DNA of 64,000 nt from Eremomyces bilateralis CBS 781.70 (Eukaryota), in NCBI GenBank assembly GCA_010015585.1, contig ML975153.1; one strand, written 5' to 3'. Below are positions 1 to 11,377 of this stretch, one piece after another. How positions within the stretch are numbered: the stretch's first letter is position 1; every line of letters begins with the position of its first letter. The notes under the pieces are model-generated. The model searched no databases. It was not told the origin of the DNA and saw only the letters and a list, made by a program, of their open reading frames with translations. The position numbers and the translations under genes were made by a program.

Positions 1-161
1 CACCTCCTCGTCCCACTTCCACCATCTCGTTCATTTTCACCCTCCATCTGCCTTTACTTAGTTTCTCCGACGAGACCAGAAGCTTAAGGTCTGTCGGAGG
101 AGAGTCTTGTCTTGCCATTGATTCCACATCCCCCGTTCCTTACCGCTTGGCAGCTCAGAAC

Positions 162-1380
162 ATGCTCTCGGGTCAGCACGTCTTCTCTCACCAACACCAG
201 TATCCAGACTGGCCGCAGTCGGGCCACCACCATCCGAACCAGCATCACGCTGCGCAGCAACATGCGGGAGCTGGACATTTTGGTCGGCCAGCAGCGAACA
301 GTGTCTCCAATTCTATAGTCCCAAGCCTGGCTGGCAGTGATCTTCCCACTGAGCACGCCAATATGAGCGACGAGAACCGCCGGGTCCTGGATTGGATCGC
401 GAACTTGATGAACCCTAACACGCGCGAGACGGCATTGCTGGAATTGAGCAAGAAGAGAGAACAAGTCCCAGAATTGGCCTTGATCCTCTGGCACTCTTTC
501 GGTACGTGTACCTGACCGGTCTGCGAAACCCTTATTGACACTTTGGAAAGGTGTGATGACTTCGCTCATGCAAGAGATCATTTCTGTGTACCCTCTTTTG
601 AATCCTTCGCAACTCACTGCTGCGGCATCGAACCGAGTTTGCAATGCGCTGGCTCTTCTTCAATGTGTTGCATCCCACACGGACACTCGGCAACTCTTCC
701 TGAATGGTAAGCGCTGGCCGCCACTGTAACATCCAGCACGACGCTGATCCTCATCCGTTGCAGCTCACATCCCACTATTCCTTTACCCATTCCTCAACAC
801 CACCTCGAAATCTCGACCGTTCGAATACCTACGACTTACCTCCCTTGGCGTCATCGGTGCTTTGGTCAAGAACGACTCGTCAGAGGTGATCAATTTCCTC
901 CTCACCACCGAAATCATTCCTCTTTGCCTTCGAATCATGGAGACAGGATCCGAATTGAGCAAAACTGTGGCGATCTTTATCGTCCAGAAGATCCTCCTTG
1001 ATGACATTGGCCTTGCGTACATCTGCCAGACATACGAGCGCTTCTACGCGGTTGGCACGGTTCTGAGCAACATGGTCCAGCAGCTGGTGGACCAGCAGAC
1101 TGTGAGGCTGTTGAAGCACGTTGTCCGTTGCTTCCTCCGGTATGTTCTACTTCAAGCATATCCGCCCAGCGCTCAAACTAACGTAGCCCACAGCCTGAGC
1201 GACAATGCTCGTGCACGAGAGGCTCTCCGTCAATGCCTCCCAGAACCGCTCCGTGACGCTACCTTCTCCGCCGTATTGCGAGACGACGCGGCTACCAAGA
1301 GATGCTTGGCCCAGCTCCTTATCAACCTCTCCGACAACGTCGACCACCCCGGGCCTCCGCTTCTTTCGCAACATCAGTGA
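162..1380 (+). CDS. RCD1: CCR4-NOT subunit Rcd1/Caf40/CNOT9, 4 exons (introns ~502-550, ~707-763, ~1140-1193)
   Basis: Joined exons give [76 protein letters not shown] and [18 protein letters not shown], characteristic of the Rcd1 family. Confidence 0.95.
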
Positions 1381-2872
1381 GCGGACTACGCCTGGATCGA
1401 GCGAGTGATGCACGAATATTCAAGAGATCAAAATCTGCAGTCCACGCACCTCTTGAATCGCAAAACGGAGGCTAGGAATTACGAGCCCATAGACGCTTCA
1501 AGCGGAGGTCTTATTAAGATATCCTGCATAAGTCCGGTGCTTTAGGTTGGTTTGATGCAGGTTGACTTCAACTGTACCATCATGATTTTATACCCCGGGT
1601 CTAACGGATTGCATAACTGGTTCATGGTCCATATCGGGCTGGCAGGAAGCCAATGGGAGTTACGGCTGGTGGGCGTCGCCAACTGCCTTGCATGAGACGC
1701 GGTCTAGGGGCTTGTTTGGCCATCAGAGCCAACCAGGATGGATAACCCCTTGGGAATGTCCCACTGGATTCAAGATATACTTGGAAGGTTCCTCGTGGCT
1801 GAATTGGCAACTACGATTGCTTTCAAATTTAAGTTCGCTCTTGTATTTCAATTTGAAAAGATGGTTTTTCCTGATTAGAGTCGGATTCTGAAATTCCGTG
1901 AAATCACACTACTTCATCTTGAACGAGGTAGTGTGTCCTGATCGAGAATTGCAAGAGTCCGGCGATACGGCTCTCCGAATTAAACTCGATATGATATTGG
2001 GATCACAGCAAGAATATGTCCTCAGTCCCCGAGATAATCAAAGTCGCCATGTATACCTTTTCATAACGCTAACCCCGATGCAGAACAGTAGACTATTTGA
2101 AAATATTTCCTCCTCTCCAGCTGTTCCCATCCAGAGTAGACGAATTGATGGCGCTAGATGCAGGATACACCCCAGCCCTGGTAAACGTGGAAGATATTAT
2201 AGTACACTTTCCGACTTGCCTCAAAGGAGTACCATACATGGCGTTTCTTCATACTACATATACGGTGTATGCAAAATATAACCAGGAATATAGCAATTGA
2301 GTTAAGCTCTAGAGATACGTATACTTCGGCGCCATTTTCGGCAGCCCTGGGTGATATCGCGTTTTTTATAATTCTGTCTCCTAGTAGCGTCGTCTCTCCA
2401 TTCACCTCCTCGACTTAGCATTAGCCATTATGTTACAATAAGGGGTAGTATACAGGACGGGATTTCGGCATGGCCAATTTCCATTCCCCGATATCGATAT
2501 CAACGCATCCCTGGCATGGGAAACCCAATATGTCCCACTTCAATACGTGGTTCTTGTATATCCTTCTGCGTCACAACAATGCTGCTATATGCGCCGCAAC
2601 CCTCTAGTGACGCTTCATAACTCGGTCCCCTGATATACCGCAATCGATCGTAGCGAGCAGTCCGTTCGGTTCTATTTATAGGTCCAATACCCTTCGCATC
2701 CCACTAGGCCATCTCTGCGCCTATCAAACGTAGGTGGAATATTCTATCATGGGAGAAACCAGGACTTTTCGGGATAGAGCCGGTTCGCAATATGCCTGTC
2801 CGGGCGGATGTGTCGGTCGTTTCGGAGAAGCGGTTTCCGAAAATTTAGTTTTCGAAGTAGACCGTATCATTT

Positions 2873-3983
2873 TCAAGTCGGAGGTGCGACGGAAGTCTCA
2901 TAGAACAATGCCCGACAACGAGCGCTATTCACTATATTCGCAGTGGCTACTTTGATTTTCTCGAATGCCTCATCAGGTTCCGAAATGCCTTTGTCATCTC
3001 CTTCTCGCACTGGACTGACGAAGCCAGTGCTGCTGGGGGCTTCGTAGTGATGCATTACCTCGGGGTTGACCAAGATGCACCGCAAGTTGCCCGTCAAGCA
3101 TTCATGTGCTAACTTGGCATCGAACGCTTCGTTTCCTCCGCTACCAGCATATAACAGGATCTTTTGCGCACTGCTTTTGGTGACACCATACCCGAATGTG
3201 AATACGGGCCGCACTGGCTTTTGAACTCGACGGTGACCGGACGTGATGTTCCCGATCCAATACTTTTCGACCAGTCATCATAGAGATTAGTGGGGATAAC
3301 AGTCCTATCCGCATATTCGAGGTACTTTGTCCCTGCCTCGTCCGACTGCTCCCCGCAATGTCAGATCCACAAAACGTCCCAGTGGCCACCGTACGGGCTC
3401 TTGTCTGTTGATGATGTATTTGTGAAATTGCGCACGTTCTGCGAAATTTAGATCATCTGGTGGCGGATATCCAGGTCCCAGTCGACATCATCCTCAAGGA
3501 CTAATGCGGTCTGAAACTGCGAGAAGACAACATATTTGAGCATGTCCAAGTGCGACAACCAGGTTGTAGCAGAGCCATGGGGTGGTTTTAGAGACCCCAA
3601 GTCCTCTTCTAGGTTCTCAAAGGCTGATATAAACTCCTTCGGGTTGCGAGGTAGAACCGGGATGTCGACTTGTAGACCGGTAAGCTGGGCTGCAGCTTGG
3701 ATGCCTTGTATACGCCATCCGCGGCGTGAAGAGAGTGCGAGAATCTTTTCGAACTAAATGGAAGACGGTCACTGGATGGTCGGTACTTCTGCGATGATTC
3801 ACTTACACCAAGCGTTTCGTTCGATGCGGAGTCTCTAAGATGAGGCCCATGTGTAAGTGCCGTTCCTAAACTGCTGGTCGTGCTTCGATGGAACCATAAT
3901 TCGGTGCAAAATAAGAGTAAAACGGCAGCACCAGTAAGGCAGTGTTTTAGCTTAACCAAAGCAACCGGGCTGAGTCTCATCAT
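2873..3983 (-). pseudogene. Disrupted glycosyltransferase family 25-like gene
   Basis: N-terminal signal anchor then NETLG/FEKILALS, SHLDMLKY, ALVLEDDVDWD and PYGGHWDVLWI*HCGE motifs. In-frame stops at 3448-3450 (TAA) and 3361-3363 (TGA), and a frameshift near 3230-3270. Confidence 0.7.
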
Positions 3984-6818
3984 GTTTGAAGAGACAATTA
4001 TTATGACTTGTTGGAAGATTGATAGGGACAGACGATATAGGTAGATCGAGAAGAATCCAAAACGAGAACGTGTAATTGACAACTTGGATAGTGAGAAGAT
4101 CTGCCAAAGACAAAAAATACTCAATTAATCACATTATGGATGTGACAATATGGGTGAATGACTGAACATAATAGCCAGAAAGTTGCATCATCATCACGGT
4201 GCTGATATATTTAACAGAACGAGGAAACCTGCAGAACCGAAGAGAGACGGACGTCCTTTGTGATATATAGCTTCCGAGCCCAATTGAGATATAGTAATGG
4301 ACCGATCAAGATTCGTGGAAATGCAGGAATACGACGTACATGGTTGATGATCCTCTTGGGCCTAGATTTAATCTAATATCATGAACTTTGCGACATCAGC
4401 ACTTACATATTGGCCAAGCCCTTGAAAATCCCATGTACGCTAATTAGTAAGTTCAACATAATAAACGGGCTGTATCACCCGATAATTAGAAGCCATTCCA
4501 TTTTAACTGTACCTGTAATCGGAAGGATTTCCATGACACAACCCTTCATCTAAGCAGTGATAAGGATGGAAGCAAGGGATGGACTCCTTCATAGTTAGAC
4601 AACTAGAATATCAAAGTTCAAAGTTCAAAAACATAATTAGGGGGCACCCAAAGGATTTGAGGATGCCCTCTTTGATTGCCTTTCCCAGTCCGTACAAGCC
4701 TACAGAGAAATAGAGAATCTTCTACTGCGCTTTCAAGGCAATTGTGGCATCATTCTTGCCGGTGTTGCTTGACCTTTCGTAACGAGTGAGCAGTGGAGGA
4801 TTTTGTTTCGCAGCTGTCCTGGTTCGGAGTCTCCTAGCGTTCTCATCGAACAGTCAGGACGACGTATCCGATGCAGCTATGTCATTTGGAGATTCAATGA
4901 TTCAAAAATACGACCATTGAGGCTTGACTAGCAATGCTAAGGAAGTTTAGAAATGGTGCCAGTTAATGGGATACCTGGATTCTGGTGGTCGTCGAACAGT
5001 CGAACTTATCTCTGCCGTATGGTATGGATATGACTCAGCAGTTTCTGACAGGTCGACAACCACTCTCGAATCTCTTATTTCAATTCCAACTCATCATTTC
5101 CATGATTTACTTTACTTGCGTAACCGCACTCTACGTCATCAATTCCATCATTTCACTATACCTAGAAATACTGGTAAGAGCAAGGAATCGGTAGAAGATC
5201 TAGAAGGAGGGGCAGTTCATACCTTCGGTTTCCCAATACAGTTAATCTTCCAGGGGAACTGTTTCGATCTGAGTTGATGGCAATAATCGATCTTCTTCCT
5301 ATCCGAAGTCACGCGCCATTCTTTTTCTCTACCATTCAATAAAAAACAGCATCTATATTGGCAACACCAGATCTGAGCCTGAATCGAAATCAGGCGGAGG
5401 CGTGAGTCCTTAGGCTCCAGGCTGCACTGCAGTGTGCCGTATCGACTACGCCGCTCTACGGTGTACGACATGGATGACCTCCAATCACCGCCTCACTCTA
5501 GGCTGTTATCTCCACAAATTCGGATAACGTCGTCCATCAACTGTGGGCGACATCGAGCTGGAGAGCGAAACGGTCCATAGGATGCGGTCTGTTCCTCGTT
5601 TTAGTTGTTCGTTACAACATGGCTGTCTGAGTGGTGTGTAGCATTGTCACCATGGCTGCAATGCGTCGATGTGCACCACTTAATCTTGGCAGCGTCAAGA
5701 TAGCATGAATCCAGCATTGAGAGGGGGCTGCGCAGTCTTGAAGATGTTCTACATTCCGAACCTGAACCTGAAATCATCTTCCTCTCTCAATCTTATTCTT
5801 ATATGTCATTAGTTTGCGATACGTGTATACCTCGTCTCATAGTTATTATGCGCAACGCGCCCGAAAAGTCTCCTTGAGTCCTGGATATTTGAGACCAGCC
5901 ATGAGCTTCACGAATGACATATATTGGCATCAGGCTCTAGCCGCGGTCGCAACTTCTCCGTCAATAACCCCAGCGCCTACTGCTTCTTTGTACCAACGTG
6001 AGCTTCCTGCTGAGCTCATCGGCTACACGATACAGGAGTCAACGTGTGTTTCGATTGATCTTCATCCTCTGGGAATGTTAATACTAAGATAATCCAGGGA
6101 CTCCTTTCTGGTGCAAGCTGAGCTCCACGCACGCGCTAACCTGCCACATTTGTATGAGACTCTTAGTTTGAAGTAACAGAAGAGCCGAGTGATCCAGTCA
6201 AGTGCGACTTGGTCCAATCAATACAGATATTTCAAGGATAAATTTCCAGAGTATCCTGGCCTTAAACAAGGAACGTTAACGGGGACAGGAGAGAGGCGAT
6301 ATCAGTGACAATAATACTCGATGAGAAATTTCCAAGTGGTGACATGGATTATCGCATTCAGGTGGAAGGCCACAAGGCAACATGGCATCAAGGCACCGAG
6401 GCAACAAATCGGTACATCTCCCCATGTCGATGGAGGTATCGAAATATGAAGACATAAGGTATTATCAAGAAATTGTCCTAGAATTTAACTACACCGCAGC
6501 GGATAATAATAATATCTTTGTCCCTTTGGAAAACTATGCCCGAGGATCGAGTTCCCCCTTCGGGATCTAACGTCAGCGCTGCTGCCACACCATAGGGACT
6601 GGTACTAACTCTCCGCTCCTGGACGATGTACCTCTGCCGTGCATTGCCTCGGATACCGGTATCGCGAAGGACGAGTAGGAGCTTGAGCTCTACAAACATA
6701 ATCCTCGCTGCTGGTTGCTTTCTACTTCGATATTGAAATATAAATTTTTACTCATTATTCAAGTTTGTGGTCTTGCTTCGCTGTACATTATTTCCAACTC
6801 GGTTCCACATCTTCCGAT

Positions 6819-8178
6819 ATGGCTTCTCAACGTAAGTCTCACCCCACCCCTGAATGCAGAGTTCAGTCTGGCGCCTTGGTTGCGAAATAGTTTGTCTCCA
6901 TTTGCATTGTCACTGCAGTATTTATATCACAATATTTCGATGTTTAAGGAAGCATGAAGCACTTCGAGGTTTTTGTTCAATAATATACTTCATTAAACGA
7001 CGGCTTGGAGAACCATGCTAACACGAAGCAGAACAATTGAAGACTCCTCTTACGGAGCTGCTCGGTATCAACCACCCCGTCCTTCTCGCCGGGATGGGTA
7101 CCGTAGCATCTCCTAAGCTCGCTGCTGCTGTCACCAATGCTGGCGGTTGCGGTGTCATCGGTGGTGTTGGCTACACCCCGTCCGGTCTCCGGGAGCAGAT
7201 TGCCGAAATTAAGGCCAATTTGATTGACAAGAACGCGCCATTCGGTGTGGATTTGTTGCTCCCCCAGGTCGGCGGTACTGCTCGCAAGACCAAGTATGAC
7301 ACCCAGCATCTGATAGTGCCATAGAGCGGTGCCGCTAACATGCCATCAGCTACGATTACACCAAGGGCAGCCTCGACGAACTAGTCACCATCATGATCGA
7401 GACCGGCGTCAAGATCTTCGTCTGCGCCATCGGCGTTCCCCCCGTGGCGATCGTCAAGCGCCTCCACGCCGCCGGCATCTTGTACATGAACATGATCGGC
7501 CACCCCAAGCACGTCGCCAAGTGCATCGCCGCCGGCGCCGACATCATTTGCGCCCAGGGCGGCGAGGGTGGCGGCCACACCGGAGACGTTCCCACGAGCG
7601 TGCTGATCCCGGCCGTGGTGGAGCTGGTGAAGGGGCACCGCAGCCCGCTGACGGGGGCGCAGGTGCAGGTGGTCGCGGCCGGTGGGATGTACTCCGGGCG
7701 GTCGCTGGCGGCAGCGTTGATGCTGGGCGCCACCGGGGTTTGGGTGGGGACGCGGTTCATCATGGCGACGGAGGCGGGGGCGTCGAAGTACCACCAAGAG
7801 GCAGTGAAGACGGCGAACCACGATGATTCGGTGCGGTCGATCATCTACACCGGGCGGCCGCTGCGAGCGAAGAGGAACGCGTACGTGGACGACTGGGAGG
7901 AAAACCGCGCGCAGGAGATCAAGGACCTGACAGCCAAGGGCACCTTGCCGGTGGGGAATGATTTGGAGAGGAAGGATCTAGATGCCAAGCATAAGGAGTG
8001 GGTGGAGGAGTACTGGAACCCGCAGTTGATGGGCAAGGTGGCGGCAGTGCTGGACAAGGTGCAGCCCGCAAAGGAAATCGTGGATGAGATTGTTGGGGAG
8101 GCTGTGAAGGTGATTGCGGAGGGCAATTCTCTGGTTGTCTATGCCAACCATCCGTTGAGGTTCAAGGCCCAGATGTAA
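6819..8178 (+). CDS. Nitronate monooxygenase / 2-nitropropane dioxygenase family flavoprotein (introns ~6832-7030, ~7294-7349)
   Basis: LKTPLTELLGINHPVLLAGM, AAVTNAGGCGVIGG, ICAQGGEGGGHTG, VVAAGG and LGATGVWVGTRF motifs. Confidence 0.92.
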
Positions 8179-8273
8179 TTTGGCGCTCTATCAAGATTGA
8201 ATAGCGACGTTTCAGCTACGGTATCTCCATATCGAATTGTTTGACAGCTGGCCCATTTGACATATAAAGCGGT

Positions 8274-9667
8274 TTACAGTTTTGGTACAGTTTCTACCTT
8301 CTTTCCCGACGCCTTCAGAGCGTACTCCGAAAGTGCCATCGTCGCCTCCGTCTCGAATAGGCAGAGGAAAAACGGCCCATCATCAACTTTCTCGGGTGCG
8401 GTGCTTCGCTCCCTGGCCTCTTCATGCCGTGCTGGATCCATTCCGTGAGGAACCATCGGATTGTTGAGCAGCCCACCGAAAGGCAGAAATCTTCTTCCCT
8501 GCGACAACGGATTCCCTGGGCTCTGGTCCCCCACCACGGGGAACGCGAACTCGCTCATGCAATTTCGGTGGAAATACGGTGCCCAGTACGTACCTTCCAT
8601 GACGGACCATCGAGGAGGGATGACCGCGAAATCGATTACCGCCGTTCCGGCTTGGCGATTCGACGGCGCGGTGAGGACGGTGAAGATCGAGGGGTCGGGA
8701 TGATCAAATAGGACCGAGCCGAGGACGCAGAACCGGGCAAAGTCAAACTTATAGGGATAGTAGGTGCCGTTCCAGCCCACCACATCGAACGGAGTGTGAG
8801 TTTGCTTGCAGGAGAAGAGGGTACCGGCGAATTTCGTGACAATGGTCCACTCTTGGTCCGGGTGGTTGATCACGGCGACGCCGTTCTCGATTTTGCCGTC
8901 GAAGTACGCCTTGGGAACCTGGAAGTCGCGTACACCGGCCAAGGACGATGATCCGATTGGGCCGAGTTCGGGGAGCTGGAAGTGCCCTTGATACAGCTCG
9001 ACGATGAGTCCCCGGGCGAGGCCAGTAGGAAGCGTGACTCGATATCGGATCCCGCGTGGAATTACGGCGAATTCGTTCTGGCGGACCAGCAACCGTCCGA
9101 GCTCGGTCTGGATGTCCAGTGTGCCGGCTTGGGGAACGATCAAATAATCACCATCCGATGAGAAGAACGCCTCATGCTCGGCCATGTCCTTGGTCGCGGA
9201 GAAAACTAAGTAGGCACATCCGGTCTTGGTGGTCGGATCGCCATTCTTCGCAATCAGTTGCTGGGACGAGACGAAGTCAGCGTCCGCGGGAACCGGGAAA
9301 TTTTGCCATAGGAAGGCATTCGGAGTCAGTTTGAGCTGCTTGTCTGCCACAGACTGCTCGTTCGGAACGCTATGCGTCCCAAAGTCGGCATGGTCCAGCG
9401 AAGGGACGACGCGATAGAGCCATGTCTGCTGGTTTTCCGCTCTGGGGGCGGTGAATGAACTCCCCGAAATTCGCTCGGTATTGAGGCCTAGCGGTGGTTT
9501 TTGAGGCGAATTGATCGCGACAGGATTTGCTCCTTTCACAGCCTCAGAGCTGGGAAGTGGTCAGTCGCATTTCGCGTTGAGGTCGGAATGTAGACTCACG
9601 AATGGTAGCAGCCAAATCCCTCCAAATACTCATACTTCTCCTCTACGGCAAACTGGGTCACTGGCAT
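8274..9667 (-). CDS. Homogentisate 1,2-dioxygenase family protein (hmgA-like), one intron near 9551-9600
   Basis: NSPQKPPLGL, SFTAPR, WLYR, DGDYLIVPQ, LPELGPIGS, FDHPDPSIFTVLT, PYFHRNCMSEF and PHG; the Fe-binding His/Glu/His are retained. First exon MPVTQF..YLEGFG. Confidence 0.92.
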
Positions 9668-10160
9668 AATGATGGCAGTGACTTGTATTTCCTAGGTTTG
9701 AAATTCACGTCCTACAAGGGGAGTTTCTTGGATGGGGATAGCTTCGAGAGCGCATTCAAATATGATGAATTGACCAAAAACCGGGACGACTAAACCGACC
9801 GGCACGGGATGTGGAGTATCCGACTCCGCATTCTACAGTTTCTACTTAACTTTACACCACTCCACAGTTAAGCGGACATCCTTGACTTGAACAGCCTGTT
9901 CAAGGCCCGAAAAGCATGTCGGGATAGGTAATGAGGGGACATACATCCGAACACCCCGCTTTTTGCGAATCAGCAGTCGCCGAGGGTTCACAAGCAATAC
10001 ATGTGCCCGAGGATGAGCGTGTCGTAACTCGCAACCGTGATATGTAAAGCGCAGAGGGGAAGTGTAGAGACGTTATAGAAACCTAGAAACGGTACTTGAT
10101 GTTGACTTGTTGAGTGACACGATTCAATTCCGAAATAATATCGCAATATATCGTCTCACA

Positions 10161-10908
10161 ATGGTTCTCGCCAAACCCACCTCCCGGTGCACGCAGATGA
10201 TCCTGCTTAAGGTCCCTGTTCAACATAACCTACGAGAGAAGACGCAAGGGACGGGTGCAATATGGTGGAAAGCACTTGCTGTGCTTCAGAAAAGCCCAGG
10301 CTTCGTACGTGTGTACTTTGGAAGACGAGTGGAGATACCCGACTCCGTTCATTTGCATGTCGGTATGCTGAGCCGCACTTGTCCGTTTCAATGTCCGATG
10401 CTGAATGATATCAGTCCGAGAGACGCTTGAGCAAAGCCAGGATTTCTTGAAATCGCCTCTATACCAAGAGTTCAAGTCAGCCATCGACCAGCTCACCAAT
10501 GTTGAACCGACCATTCGTCATGCATTCATCGGCGAATATAGCCCCGGATGCGAAAGCCTTGCAAAGGGAGCCCCGGTGACTGGAACGGCTATATACGTGG
10601 ATCTCCAGGATCTCTGGGACGAACGCTGGGATCAATGGACGGGTATTGTGCCGAAGGTCGAAGGGTTCATGGGGATCGCGGGCGGACCGCTGGTGGAGTC
10701 CGTCGCCGGCTTCAAAGATTGCTATATCGCTTTGGTAGGATGGAAGAACGTCGAAGTACACGATACATATCATCATACGGCGGACTTTGCGAGCAAGAGT
10801 CATATTCTATTGGATCCGGGAAGGAGCAAGAAGAAGTTCACCGAGTACGGACATATTGCGTTCGAGAGTGATCTGGTGGTAGAGGCCGATTCTGCTAGCA
10901 AGTTGTAA
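10161..10908 (+). CDS. Dimeric alpha-beta barrel / ABM-like protein ending in SKL (intron ~10363-10414)
   Basis: Two ABM-like halves (SPGFVRVYFGRRVE; YIALVGWKNVEVHDTYHHT). Divergent from the hmgA-like gene. Confidence 0.7.
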
Positions 10909-11377
10909 TTGATGAAATGAAGATATTGACTCGATGAATACGCTCTCCTAAACAAATATGATAGTTGGAACTGAAGAGAAGACCTTCCAAGCAGTTCGGA
11001 GAGGCATCTGAGGATGACTGAAATGAGTTGATTGTGCCAGACGCACATTGCTCAACTGTCCAGCTTCGAGTAGCAAATCACCTAGAAAAAACAAACCATC
11101 GACTCTGCAATCCCAATTGATGGTTTCAAATAAAGCATTTAATATGAAGTTGGAATGTCGAAAGTTGAAGATTGAACAGAAGAGTCAGAAGTATTTATTT
11201 CCCGTCCCAATTATTGTCGTATTCCCACCTCACTAATTATGACATCAAATGCTGGATGCTCCTTAGCCTGATTTGTTGTTCAGTTCACCAGACCTACGAC
11301 GGAGACCTGGATATGAACGGAAATATTAAAGGAACCCGACAACCACCAATTTCCTTCCTCCAACAGGATCAAACACC

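Noticed and set aside
1898..2405. Short ORFs downstream of RCD1
   Set aside because: No recognisable domain, splice structure or codon bias.
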